A stretch of DNA of 64,000 nucleotides from Strigamia acuminata (Eukaryota), in assembly GCA_949358305.1 (NCBI GenBank), contig OX442314.1, positions 3,038,001 through 3,102,000 of the forward strand, given 5' to 3'. Below are positions 1 through 12,830 of this stretch, piece after piece (position 1 is the stretch's first letter; the number at the start of each line of letters is the position of its first letter). The notes under the pieces are model-generated. The model was not told where the DNA came from. It searched no databases and worked only from the letters and a program-made list of their open reading frames with translations. The position numbers and the translations under genes are program-made.

Positions 1-3000
1 CCGAAACTGCCTTTGCCGAGCACTTTGATGAAGTGGAAATCTTCGAGCGCGACTTTCTTGTGGGCGCCGCGCTCCTTCGTCGTCTTAGCCTCGCTGAGTT
101 TCAGTCTCGATCGGAGTTCCTCGTCGCGCTCGTCGCCGGCCGCGCCGCCTCCTTCGAGCGCGAGCTCGTCGAGCTCGTGCGCGGCTGCGGCAACGTCGCC
201 GTCGCCCGTCGAGTTCTCCAGAATGGGCAGCGGCGACGACACTGATCGTTCGTGGATCATTTGCTGACCTTTGTTCGGCGATTCGCTGATCGAGGTCTCG
301 AGTGAGAAATAAATTAAATTAACAAATTGCATGTAAATTTTTTTTTAATAAAATGTATATCTTCTAATTGCGCGCGGGCCTCTAATTGCGAAGGGGTGTG
401 CAATTAGAGACCTTGTTTTTTGATAAAACATTGGATTTTTGATGAAATATTCGATTTTTTGATAAAATATTCGATTTTTTGATAAAATATTCGATTTTTT
501 TGATAAAATATTCGATTTTTTTTATAAAATATTCGATTTTTTGATAAAATATTCGATTTTTTGATAAAATATTCGATTTTTTGATAAAATATTCGATTTT
601 TTGATGAAATATTCCATTTTTTGATAAAATATTCGATTTTTTTATAAAATATTCGATTTTTTGATAAAATATTCCTAGTTTTTGATGAAATATTCCATTT
701 TTTGATGAAATATTCCATTTTTTGATGAAATATTCCTAGTTTTTAAATAAAATATTCCCTTTTTAAATAAAATATACAATTTCTAAAATAAAATATTCCA
801 TTTCTAAAATAAAATATTCCATTTCTAAAATAAAATATTCCATTTCTAAAATAAAATATTCCATTTCTAAAATAAAATATTCCATTTCTAAAATAAAATA
901 TTCCATTTCTAAAATAAAATATTCCATTTCTAAAATAAAATATTCCATTTCTAAAATAAAATATTCCATTTCTAAAATAAAATATTCCATTTCTAAAATA
1001 AAATATTCCATTTCTAAAATAAAATATTCCATTTTTAAATAAAAAATAGTACGTTTTGATAAAAAAAAAATAGTACGTTCCGATAAAAAAAAAATCGAAT
1101 ATTTCGAAAAAAACAAAATTTTGCAAATAGAAGATACACGTCAATAAAAAAAAAAATAAAAATCATCCATTTCCCTCCCCCGCAAATACTTTTTTCCGTC
1201 TCGTCAATTTATCGCCCGAAAATCCGATGTTCTGTAAAATCTCGGCCATCTGCTTGGCGTTGATACCGCAGTTGTTGGCGACATTCTTCTGACACCTCTT
1301 GTGCACATTGATGCTGCACGCTGCAACAAAAACAATTAAATTATAAATAAATAATTTCCTTTTCCATTCCAACAAACTCCAAATCAAAACCTTCGCATTG
1401 CAATCCTTGACGAAAGAGTCCGTACAAAAGAGAACCGCAGTGGTCGCAGAACGTGGGTCGCTTGTAATTGTGAACGCTGAATCGGTGAGGCACGTTGATG
1501 TTGAAACGCGTGCCGGCCGTCTAAAAACGAAACGCGATGATGAGTAAGAGCCGTCAAACCGAGAGAAACTCACTTCGTCCGCCGTCGTTTCTTTCATTCC
1601 TGGACATTTCGTGACGACTTTCTCGTGGCATCGTTTGTGGACGACGCAAGTACAAACTGCGGGTAAAATAGATTGTTAATTCGATTCGATTGAATTGAAT
1701 TAGAATGAATTTAATTTGATTAGATAAATACCTTGGCATTGGTAGCCCTGCTTGCCGAGGCCCCTGTTGAGAAATTAATAAGAATTTTTATGCTGTGTTA
1801 AGGAGAAAACTAAAAAAAGGTGTTCAGTTTTGACACTTAAAAATTCAATGTTTTTGAGCAAAAATTGGGTGTTGTTGGATGTTTTAAGTGAAAAATTTGA
1901 TTTTTTGGTGAAAAATTTGATTTTTTGGTGAAAAATTTGATTTTTTGGTGAAAAATTTGATTTTTTGGTGAAAAATTTGATTTTTTGGTGAAAAATTTGA
2001 TTTTTTGGTGAAAAATTTGATTTTTTGGTGAAAAATTTGATTTTTTGGTGAAAAATTTGATTTTTTGGTGAAAAATTTGATTTTTTGGTGAAAAATTTGA
2101 TTTTTTGGTGAAAAATTTGATTTTTTGGTGAAAAATTTGATTTTTTGGTGAAAAATTTGATTTTTTGGTGAAAAATTTGATTTTTTGGTGAAAAATTTGA
2201 TTTTTTGGTGAAAAATTTGATTTTTTGGTGAAAAATTGGATTTTTTGGTGAAAAATTGGATTTTTTGGTGAAAAATTGGATTTTTTGGTGAAAGATTGGA
2301 ATTTTTGGTGAAAAATTGGATTTTTTGGTGAAAGATTGGAATTTTTGGTGAAAAATTGGATTTTTTGGGTGAAAAATTGAATGTTTTAGTGCAAAAAGTA
2401 AATTTCCGGTTCAAGAAATGAATTTCCGGTCCAAAAAACGAATTTCCAATCAAAAAAACAAATTTCCGATCCAAAAAAACAAATTTCTGGTCCAAAAAAC
2501 AAATTCCCAATCCAAAAAACGAATTCCTAATCCAAAAATCCATTTCCAATCCAAAAATCACATATAATCCCCAAAAAACAAACTTCCAATCCCCACAAAC
2601 CAATTTCCGTTCCAAAAAAACCCAAACCCCTTTCCCCACTCCCCAAACATCCTCCTCCGCCTCTCACCAAATAAATTCTCTGCAATGAGAACAAAATGTC
2701 GGCTGGCGCAGGATAGTGGCCATGAATTTGTGCCCATTAACCTGGTGCACGCGGCGTCGCATAGCTCCACGGCGACGGTTTAACCCTTGCCGTTCTTTGA
2801 ACACGCGAGGTGCCTGCGCATTTTGATCTAAAAAAAAAAAAAAAAATTAAAAATTAATAAATTAAATTTTTTTTTTAAATTTATTCCATAAAAACCTGGG
2901 GACGTCCATTGCAACTCTACGATGATGTGGATCTTGCCAGCAGGCTCCAAATCGATCTTAAGCAACACATAAAAAGCCAATTAACAACTTAATTCGCCCT

Positions 3001-3359
3001 AAATTGAGCTATTTCGTTACCCAAATGTCGGAGCGAGGCCTCGCGACGAGCTCGTCGAACGAGACGTTGCAATTGGCGACGAAATCGTCGGGCGGAATGG
3101 CCGCGTCGTGGAACACCGTCAAGCCCAGGTTGCGCGCATCGTGCACTTGGCTCACGAATTTCTCGTTCCAAACGGGCCGGATCGTCTTGGGCTTCGTCGT
3201 CGACCTGTCGATGTGGATCTCGTCCACGTCGATCGTCACGTACGGGTCGATCAGCTGCTGCTGCAGCTTGCTTCCGCCGACGCTGTGTCGCGTGGCGAAA
3301 TCCGTCGGCCTCAGGTCCGTCGCTTCGCAGATCTTCACTTTGAGCGACCCCGTGAACAT
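1..3359 (-). CDS. PRKCE: Novel protein kinase C (epsilon/eta type, Pkc98E-like), 5' part; continues beyond window start
   Basis: Exons (minus) 3359-3021, 2956-2896, 2827-2668, 1763-1732, 1656-1574, 1520-1391, 1320-1190, 296-1, with compatible phases. N-terminal C2 ([16 protein letters not shown]), pseudosubstrate [12 protein letters not shown]1[19 protein letters not shown]1[18 protein letters not shown], kinase start KVLGKGSFG. Confidence 0.93.
415..1035. repeat. Two intronic minisatellites (20-21 bp units such as TTTTTTGATAAAATATTCGA and TTCTAAAATAAAATATTCCAT)
   Basis: Tandem units are directly visible in PKC intron 7. Confidence 0.95.
1888..2390. repeat. 20-bp intronic minisatellite (TTTTTTGGTGAAAAATTTGA)n
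   Basis: About 25 near-identical units in PKC intron 3, decaying into a looser ~20-bp periodic tract to ~2620. Confidence 0.95.
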
Positions 3360-3690
3360 TGCAACGAGCGCCGTTCATCCGTTCATCCCGACCACGACCA
3401 CGGCCGCGAGAGACACGCACGAGACACGAGAGCGAGCGAGAATTCGCGACCGACGTTTAGTCGTTAATGGTTGGTGATTAAAACGACCCGGGAGAGGTTA
3501 CGTGGTCAATCGGTCGGGTAGAATTAAATATTCACGTCGGCCGACTGCTTTTTTTCCCTTTTTCTCTTTTCTTTCGGGCTCGAATCTCCGTTTCCCGTCG
3601 CCCGATCGATCCTCGCGCCACCTCGCGACGAATCTTCCAATCTCAGTAATTATTCCATATTTCAATATTTTCGTTTCGTTTGATTTCGTA
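3360..3690. promoter_or_regulatory. Probable bidirectional promoter between PKC and the AKR-like gene
   Basis: Divergent ATGs are 331 bp apart; the interval is CpG-rich. Inferred from geometry only. Confidence 0.55.
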
Positions 3691-5134
3691 ATGTCTAAAT
3701 CTCTAGTGGAATTCAGGGGCGGCGAAAAAATCCCGTTGTTCGCCATGGGTACTTCGCAAGTAATTTTATTTTTTAAAAAAGATTTAAATTTATTTTGATT
3801 TTGATTTTGATTTTTAGGGCTCGCCGAGAGAAATCGGCATTTTGCTCGATTTCGCCCTCACGATGGGTCAGCGCCACTTCGACGTAGTGGCGGCGCCCGA
3901 AATCGAAACGATGGTAGGACAAGTGCTGAGCAATTGGCTGCTCTCGGGCAGAATCCGGCGCCAGGAGATCTACGTGACGGCCAAACTTCCGCCGTGCGCG
4001 ATGAAATCGTCGCGCGTCAAGCGATCGCTGCTGAAATCCTTGCTGAATCTCGGGTTGAACTACGTGGATTCGTTCGTGATTTCGTCTCCGAGCGGGCAGC
4101 TGTCGGAGATCTGGACGGCGATGGAGGAGACGGAGGAGGAAGGATTGACCCGCGCACTAGGCGTCGCGCACTTCAGCCTGCAGCAGCTGCAGAAGGTGCG
4201 GGATGGGGCGAGGATGAAGCCGCAGATAGTGCACACGGAGTTCCATCCGTTTCTGCAGGAGAAGGCGCTGATGGATTACTGCAAGGCGAATAAGATACAG
4301 GTGGTGGCGGTGGTTCCGCACTCGTTTACGGACCACCAGACGGTTGATTTCCAGAATCCGCTGATGGAGAATAAGGTTTTGCAGTCGATGACGAAGGCCG
4401 GGCGGAATGTGGAGCAGGTTTTGTTTAAGTGGTTGCAGCAGAAACGGTGCGTTATTTTGTGCGAGAATGTGTCGATTTTGCACCTCACCAAGTGTCTTCA
4501 GGTTTAGTTATTATTGATTATTAATGATGATTTGGAATGATTTTTTTGGGGGGGTTTTTCTTGGTTTTTTTTTATTTTTAATTTTTTTTGGTTTTTGTTA
4601 ATTTTTTGGATTTTTTGGTTTTTTTAAATTATTTTTTGGATTTTTGTTTTTTTTAAATTAATTTTTTGGATTTTTGGTTTTTTAAATTAATTTTTTTGTT
4701 TTTTTTTTTTAAATTAATTTTTTGGTTTTTTAAATTAATTTTTTGGTTCTTTATAAATTTTTTTGTTTTTTTTTGGTTTTTTTATTAATTGTTTTTGGTT
4801 TTTTTGGTTTTTGTTATTAAATTTTTTGGTTTTTTTTTATTTTTAAAATTTTTTTTGGTTTTTTTGGTTTTTTTTTATTAATTTTTTTTGGTTTTTTTGG
4901 TTTTTTTTATTAATTTTTTTGGTTTTTTGGGTTTTTATAATTTTTTTTGGTTTTCTTATTAAGGTTTTTGTTTTATTTTGGTTTTTATAATTAATTTTTT
5001 TGGTTTTTTTTTGGTTTTTTTGGTTTTTTCAGATTTTTAATTTTGAACTCAGCGCGGATCAAATTAAAGCAATCGATAGATTGGATGCGGACCGGAGATT
5101 TTACATTCAGCCGTGTATGGAAACAAATTTCTGA
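3691..5134 (+). CDS. Aldo-keto reductase family protein, probably catalytically inactive (284 aa)
   Basis: Exons 3691-3759, 3818-4501, 5033-5134, GT-AG, in frame. AKR landmarks: IPLFAMGT, RRQEIYVTAKL, SLLNLGLNYVD, GLTRALGVAHF, EFHPFLQ, IFNFELS. Confidence 0.85.
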
Positions 5135-5185
5135 ATGAATAAAAATATATTTTATAAAAGTGTGTGGTGTGAATTTTCTAGCCAA

Positions 5186-5540
5186 AAAAATGAATATTTG
5201 GTCTAAAAAATGAATATTTGGTCTAAAAAATGAATATTTGGTCTAAAAAATGAATATTTGGTCTAAAAAATGAATATTTGGTCTAAAAAATGAATATTTG
5301 GTCTAAAAAATAAATTTTATGTCTAAAAAAATGCATATTTGGTCTAAAAAATGCATATTTGGTCTAAAAAATGAATTTTATGTCTAAAAAAATGCACATT
5401 TGGTCTAAAAAATGAATTTTATGTCTAAAAAAATGCATATTTGGTCTAAAAAATGAATTTTATGTCTAAAAAAATGCATATTTGGTCTAAAAAATGAATT
5501 TTATGTCTAAAAAAATGCATATTTGGTCTAAAAAATAAAT
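5186..5540. repeat. 20/21-bp minisatellite (AAAAAATGAATATTTGGTCT)n between convergent 3' ends
   Basis: Tandem units are directly visible. Confidence 0.92.
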
Positions 5541-5717
5541 TTTATATCTTTCGTACAAAACCAAATAAATAAATAATTCCATTTGAAAATCTTTTCTCTT
5601 TTAATTCCAACGAGAATAATAATAATAATATTAATAATAATAATAATAATAAAACTAGACTTAACGTTTACAAATAAAAATAATTAACTAATACATGAAT
5701 AAACTCTAAACATAAAA

Positions 5718-6364
5718 CTATTGGTTGTCGGCCGTGACCGCATAGGTCGGCTCGATCGCTTCGGTCGGAAACCTCAAATCGGGCGGAGATCGTCGAGCGC
5801 TCGCCGTAGCAAACTCGCCAGACAATCTCTTCCCGTACGGCAGCCGTCGTTCGTACAAATACGACGGCGGCGGCAACGGACGACCGTACGGATCCATGTA
5901 CGGCTTCACGTACTCCCTGCCAGCGTAATAACGATCCCGGAAAACTGGCGGAGGCGGCGGCGGTGGCGGCGGCGGCGGATACGGCGGGAACGGCTGGTAA
6001 TAGTCACACGTGTATCGGCTCATCCAATTGTAGGTCCCCATCATTCCTCCCCGCCCGCGATACCCGACTCCCTTTGCGCGCACTGTGCTCGTCGATTGTT
6101 CCACGCTAATCCGCGAGCCGAGGAAAATGAAGTTATTCAGCCCCAGAATCGCCGCTTGCGCCTCTTCTTCCGTCGTCATGTGCTGAAAAAAGGCAAATCC
6201 ATATCCAAATCCACCATATAAATAAAATTAAATCCTACCACAAACGCATAGTTCTTGATTATGTCGCATTCCTTGACGGAGCCGAACTTTGAGAAGAGTT
6301 CCTGCAGATCGGCCGGACTGCAACCGGGAGGAAGGTGGCCCACGAATATCTTTGTTTTCTGCAT
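5718..6364 (-). CDS. lark/RBM4-like RNA-binding protein with a single RRM and Pro/Tyr-rich tail (196 aa)
   Basis: Exons 6364-6239 and 6182-5718. RNP2 KIFVGHL, lark-type ECDIIKNYAFVHM, STSTVR after the RRM, poly-Pro-RDR tail. Confidence 0.8.
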
Positions 6365-6903
6365 GGCGGAAGCGCACTATTTTTTGGGACATTTTTTTTT
6401 GTTGAAAAATATCAATTTATTCGTCTTAGATTTAACTATTCGATCTCACCAACGCCATTTCGCAATAATATTCAATCTCGACGTCTTTTTTTAGTGTTTT
6501 TTCGCTTTGTTACGTTGTTTTTATCGCTCGAAACTCGAATTGACGAACTATTTTTTTAAGTTATTACAATTTTGTCGCGTATATTTCTGTTATTTCTTCA
6601 TCGCGGGGTATTCGGGATAATTAATTCATGATGAATACCGGATGAGAGAATTCATTGGGAATAAGGGAGATGCTTTTCTCCCCATCCTATCCACGCAAAT
6701 TCCGAAAAACGAGTCCTGCTCGTCGAACTGGCGCACGCAAGACGCAACAATGTCCGCCGTCGCGGCGCGTGCTCGCCGGCGCCGCACGCGCCGCAACCGA
6801 TTTTCGCGCCACTTGAGGGGGAGGGTTCTAAAATAAAACGAAAAACGCGCTCCAGATGGCGTTACGAGTCAAAGAGACGATTCCAGTGTCTTTCTAACTA
6901 GTA
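6365..6903. promoter_or_regulatory. Probable bidirectional promoter (lark-like / AdSS) with an E2F-type site TTTTCGCGCC at 6801 and a CTCF-like CTCCAGATGGCG at 6850
   Basis: Head-to-head genes; the motifs are read directly, their function is inferred. Confidence 0.45.
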
Positions 6904-9900
6904 ATGGCGACGACCGATGAATTTCTCTCGCTGAACGGAGCCGTGCCGACCGAGGTAGAAGCGGCGCCCGGCGCGAAAGAAACGAGTGCGGGTTCGGTCA
7001 AGGTTGTGCTCGGCGCGCAATGGGGCGACGAGGGAAAAGGCAAAATCGTGGATCTTCTCGCCGCGACGGCCGACGTCGTTTGCCGGTGCCAAGTTAGTGA
7101 TTTCTGTCGCGTTTTTTTACAATATTTAATTTATTTTATTGAGTTTTGATGGTTTATATTCGCAGGGTGGAAACAACGCGGGCCACACGGTCGTGGTGAA
7201 TAATAAGACGTACGATTTCCATCTTTTGCCGAGCGGAGTGATCAACCCGAGTTGCATCTCGGTCATCGGTGAGTTGGCCCAATGGAATTTGTCGTTGGTT
7301 TCTATTGATATTTATTTGATATTTATCCCAGGTAACGGCGTGGTTATTCACGTTCCGGGCCTTTTTGACGAGATCGAGAAGAATGAAGCGAAGGGATTGA
7401 GTAATATGAAGGATCGCTTGTTGATTTCGGATCGAGCGCACTTGGTGTTTGATTTGCACCAACAAGCCGATAGTCAGCAGGAGTTGGAAAAGGGGAAAAA
7501 AAGGTAGTGATTTAGGCAGGTGCGGATCCAGAAATTAGACAAGGGGGTGGCCATTTTTGCGACAATTTTTCACAATACATTAAACGTACAAAAACATCTA
7601 AAAATAGATATTTTTGATTAAATAATGGATTTTTTGATCAAAAATGGACGTTTTTGATCAAAATGGATGTTCTGAAAAAGAATGGAAATGTTTTTGATGG
7701 AAAAATTGATGTTTTTGATCAAAAAAGGATTGCTTTTCGTCGAAAAAAAGATATTTTTGATTAAATAAATAAATTTTTAATCAAAAAGAGACATTTTTTG
7801 ACCAAAAATGTCTCTTTTTGATCAAAAATTTATTTCTTTAATCAAAAAGAGACATTTTTGGTCGTAAATCACTCGCTTTACGATTCGATGCACTTGTCGA
7901 ACCAACACCTGAGCCGAATTCCACAACTGCAATAGAGAATAAAAATAAAAATAGAAAAATAGAAAAAAGAAAAATAAATCAATGATCAAAAAGAGACGTT
8001 TTTGGTCAAAAAGAGAAGTTTTTGGTTAAAAAGAGACGTTTTTGGTCAAAAAGAGACGTTTTTGGTCAAAAAGAGACGTTTTTGGTCAAAAAGAGACGTT
8101 TTTGGTCAAAAAGAGACGTTTTTGGTCAAAAAGAGACGTTTTTGGTCAAAAAGACGTTTTTCGTCAAAAAGAGAAGCTTTTGGTTAAAAAGAGACATTTT
8201 TGGTCAAAAAGAGACGTTTTTGGTCAAAAAGAGACGTTTTTAGTCAAAAATAGACATTTTTGATCAAAAAATAAAAATCCTCTTGCAGAGTTGCTTTTCT
8301 AAATGTTCTATCGTACTTTTTCTGTGTTGTTTGACACAGTAGTGACGAATTTAAAAAAAAAAAGGTTGATTCCACCATTTTTAAATTCAAAACAGAAAGT
8401 TGATTCCACCATTTTTAATTTCAAAACAGAAAGTTGATTCCACCATTTTTAATTTCAAAACAGAAAGTTGATACAATGGTTCAAATTGCGCATGTGCAAA
8501 ATTCGATTTTGGGAAAATTTTTGGTCATCCAAAGTTGTAGGCACCTTTGTGAAAAACCGATTACAAAAATTTGATTATCTAATCAGTTTTTGACTTTGAA
8601 CGAGTTGATTCTAGCAAATCTTGAGCAAGTTCTGTTGATTGCAGGACTAGTTTGTCGGTAATATCTTATCACGAAATGAATGTTTTTAGAGTACTCGTTT
8701 AGTGATAAGAAATCATTCAGATAAACTTAAGATTTTGCCAAAAAGTTTACCATTCAGATCTATTGAATATCAAATTGGCCGACACGTAAACAAGTTGAAA
8801 TCGAGGTCGAAATCCAATGAATCAATCCCAAACGAGGAGTATGAGAATCGGTTTTTCAATAAATCTAGAGAGTTGATTTTTTGATTCGAAATTGAATGTG
8901 CAAAAAAATTAATTTTTTAGTCTGAAAAATTAATTTTTCGTCCAAAAGTTGAATTTTTCGTCCAAAAGATGAATTTTTCGTCCGAATAATGAAATTTTTA
9001 GTCCGAAAAATAAAATTTTTAGTCCAAAAAATGAAATTTTTAGTCCAAAAAATGAAATTTTTAGTACAAAAAATGAAATTTTTAGTTATAAAAACGAATT
9101 TTTAGTCCGAAAAACAAATTTTTAGTCAAAAATTAATTTTCAGTCCGAAAAACGAATTTTTAGTCAAAAAAATTAATTTTTAGTTCGAAAAACGAATTTT
9201 TAGTCCAAAAAAATTAATTTTCAGTCCGAAAAACGAATTTTCATTCCGAAAAACGAATTTTCAGTCCGAAAAACGAATTTTCAGTCCGAAAAACGAATTT
9301 TCAGTCCGAAAAACAAATTTTTAGTCAAAAATTAATTTTCAGTCCGAAAAACGAATTTTTAGTCAAAAAAATTAATTTTTAGTTCGAAAAACGAATTTTT
9401 AGTCCAAAAAAATTAATTTTCAGTCCGAAAAACGAATTTTCATTCCGAAAAACGAATTTTCAGTCCGAAAAACGAATTTTCAGTCCGAAAAACGAATTTT
9501 CAGTCCGAAAAACAAATTTTTAGTCAAAAATTAATTTTCAGTCCGAAAAACGAATTTTAAGTCAAAAAAATTAATTTTCAGTCCGAAAAATGAATTTTCA
9601 GTCCGAAAAATGAATTTTCAGTCCGAAAAACAAATTCTTAGTCAAAAAAATTAATTTTCAGTCCGAAAAACGAATTTTCAGTCCGAAAAACGAATTTTCA
9701 GTCCGATAAACGAATTTTCAGTCCGATAAACGAATTTTCAGTCCGAAAAACGAATTTTTAGTCAAAAAAATGAATTTTCAGTCCGAAAAATTAATTTTCA
9801 GTCCGAAAAACGAATTTTTAGTTAAAAAAATTAATTTTCAGTCCGAAAAACGAATTTTCAGTCCAAAAAAACAAATTATTAGTCAAAAAAATTAATTTTT

Positions 9901-12830
9901 AGTCCGAAAAACGAATTTTTAGTCCGAAAAACAAATTTTTAGTCAAAAAAATTAATTTTTAGTCCGAAAAACAAATTTTTAGTCAAAAAAATTAATTTTT
10001 AGTCCGAAAAACTAATTTTCAGTCCGAAAAACGAATTTTCAGTCCGAAAAACGAATTTTCAGTCCGAAAAACGAATTTTCAGTCCGAAAAACGAATTTTC
10101 AGTCCGAAAAAATTAATTTTTATCCGAAAAACGAATTTTCAGTCCAAAAAACAAATTTTCAGCCTAAATAATAGGTGCGTTCACTTTGCGAAAGGAAAGG
10201 AGAATCTTTCCTTTTCTTCCTTTTGCATAAGGAAGAAAAGGTGCTTTAGAATGAACGCACTAATTTGTTCTTACTTTCCTTTTGCTTGTGGATGTTAATC
10301 AGATCACAGGATCATATCCAATTAAAAAAAAACGAATGTTTTAACGATTAAAACAACGTTTTGACAGTTAAAACGTTCGTGTTGACGGTAAAAACGTTCG
10401 TGTTGACAGTTAAAACGTTCGTGTTGACGATAAAAACGTTCGTGTTGAAGGTAAAAACGTTTGTTTTAAAGGAAAAAACGTTCGTTTTAAAGATAAAAAC
10501 GTTCGTTTTAAAGGTAAAAATGTTTGTTTTGACGGTAAAAGCAAATACTTTAACCTAGTTGGATATGTTGTCCTAAATTTTATCAGTACATTTGTCTTGA
10601 TTGCAAAATGATTAATGCGCATGTGCAGATCGCGAAAGGAAAGTGAAAGGAAGAAAAGTAACCGGATTGCTTCCTTTGGCTAAAGTGACTTTGGCCACTT
10701 TCCTTTCGGAAAAAATGACGATTTTGACGTCACTTCCGGTGGCGAAAGTAACGAAAGGAAAGATTCTTCTTTCCTTTCGCAAATTGAACGCACCTAATGA
10801 TTTAATCGTCTTAAAAAGTAAAATACATGAGCACCCCTCTTCTGCATCCGCCCCTGAACACCGGCTTCTAACCTTAACAATCCAATAACAAATTGCAGCT
10901 TAGGAACCACGAAAAAGGGCATCGGACCGGCCTATTCGTCCAAGGCCACTCGCAACGGACTGCGGATAGGCGATCTAATCGGAGATTTCGACAAATTTTC
11001 AGAAAAGTAAAACCAAAATACATTTCAACATTTCCAAATTTAATTTATTGTTTAAATCATTGCCAGGTATCGTCATTTGGTGGAATCGTACAAACGCATG
11101 TTTCCGACGCTCGAGGTGAACGCCGAAGCCGAACTGCAACTATATAAAGTACATAAGTCGGGCGAATAGCCGAATAATAGCTGGGCGTTGATGATCGGGG
11201 TACATCACGGGGGGTTGGTGGGTATTTTGACATTAGGACTACGCCAACAGGGTGAGGCCGATGGTGGCGGACACGGTCGACTACCTGCACGAGGCGATCG
11301 GCCAGAACAAGAACATCATTGTGGAGGGCGCGAACGCCGCCATGCTCGACATCGATTTCGGCACTTACCCGTACGTGACGTCGTCCAATTGCAGCATCGG
11401 CGGAGTGTGCACCGGCTTGGGCATCCCGCCGAAGAGCATCGGCGAGGTGTACGGCATCGTCAAGGCCTACACCACCCGCGTCGGCGACGGACCCTTCCCC
11501 ACCGAGCAGATTAACGTAAGGCGGCAAAGTGTATTTTACATGTAATGATAAAATTAGGATGATTGTGTTTTTAAATGTACGTTTTGTATTTTTAACTGAG
11601 AATTGAATATTTGAGGTAGAAATTGCATTTTCGGTGCGGAAATTGCATTTTTGGCACGGAAATTGCATTTTTTGGTGCGGAAATTGCATTTTTGGCACGA
11701 AATTTGTATTTTTTGGCACGGAAATTGCATTTTTTGGTGCGAAAATTGCATTTTGGTGTGAAAGGTTGCATTTTTCGTACGAAAGGTTGCATTTTTCGTG
11801 CGAAAATGGCATTTTTGGAGGAAAAAATGCATTTTGGTGTGAAAGGTTGCATTTTTGGCACAAAATCTGTATTTTTTGGCACGAAAAATGCATTTTTTGC
11901 CACGGAATTTGCAATTTTTGCCACGAAAGAAACGTTTAATATTATTTAAACGTATTAATAAAACTATAATAATTGTTTTGTATTGTTTTCTTTTCTTTTA
12001 GCAAATCGGCGAGGATCTGCAAACGAGAGGCGGCGAGATCGGAGTGACTACTCGTCGGAAACGTCGATGCGGCTGGCTGGATTTGGTCGTGCTGCGACAC
12101 ACCAACATGATCAACGGATACACGTCGTGAGTTTTAATAAATCTCCGACACGTTAGGAATTAGGATTAATCTTGACTGACTTAATGAAATAATTTAATCG
12201 CAGAATCGCTATCACCAAACTCGACATTTTAGACGTGTTTGAAGAGATCAAAATCGGAATCGCCTACAAGAAAGACGGACGAAAACTACGATGTTTTCCC
12301 GGTTTGCCAATTTGATTTAGTTTGAAATTTTAAAAATTTATTCTAAATTTTGTTAATTTGTTCTATTTTTTAAAAAAAAAATTAGTAATTTTTATAAATT
12401 TTTTTTTAATTTTTTAAAACATTTTGTAGTGTTTTAAAAAATTTTTAATTTTTTTTTTATTTTTGTTGATTTTAAAAATGTTTTGAATTGTTGTAAACAA
12501 AATTTTCAAAATTTTTAAATTTTGGAATTTTTGATTCGATTTTTTTAAATTTTGTTAATTTTTTCGTTATTTTTGTTGATTTTTTAAATTTTTTTAAATT
12601 TTATTTTACTTTTTTGGTATTTTTCAGCCGATCTGGATCTATTGGCTTCGGTCGAAGTGGAGTACTTGATCCTGCCCGGGTGGAAAGCGTCGACGCAGGA
12701 CGTTCGCAAATTTCAGGATCTGCCGCTCAACGCACAAAACTACGTGAAAACGATCGAAAAGATGTTGCAAGTGCCTGTCAAATGGGTAGGCGTGGGTCAA
12801 TCGCGCGACTCCATCATTCACATGTTTTGA
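6904..12830 (+). CDS. ADSS: Adenylosuccinate synthetase (452 aa)
   Basis: Exons 6904-7092, 7166-7268, 7332-7503, 10899-11006, 11067-11148, 11237-11515, 12002-12126, 12204-12301, 12628-12830 (1359 nt, in frame). Motifs [76 protein letters not shown]. Confidence 0.97.
7985..8270. repeat. 20-bp minisatellite (TCAAAAAGAGACGTTTTTGG)n
   Basis: Tandem units are directly visible. Confidence 0.92.
8900..10165. repeat. 20-bp minisatellite (AGTCCGAAAAACGAATTTTC)n, about 60 units
   Basis: Tandem units with A5/T4-5 tracts every 10 bp. Confidence 0.95.
10173..10795. mobile_element. PIF/Harbinger-type MITE
   Basis: TIR AGGTGCGTTCA(C/A)TTTGCGAAAGGAAAG at both ends, AAT direct repeat on both flanks, internal 21-bp tandem. 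The TIR start resembles the AGGTGCATTCA TIR of the element at 54370-58739. Confidence 0.8.
11620..11925. repeat. Degenerate ~20-bp A/T-tract minisatellite (AAATTGCATTTTTGGCACG family)
   Basis: In AdSS intron 6; the same unit family recurs at 18225-18620. Confidence 0.85.

Larger units (their letters stand above)
7517..10856. mobile_element. Possible old non-autonomous DNA transposon occupying most of AdSS intron 3
   Basis: Imperfect TIRs: CAGGTGCGGATCCAGA (7517) and reverse complement CAGGGGCGGATGCAGA (ends 10856). No TSD recognisable; interior is minisatellites. Confidence 0.4.

Noticed and set aside
404..2639. Repetitive ORFs (YFIKK, FYFRNG, FSPKNQ) and similar ones at 8002-8263, 11554-11949, 18056-18652 and 57255-57987
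   Set aside because: Translations of stop-free intronic minisatellites, not genes.
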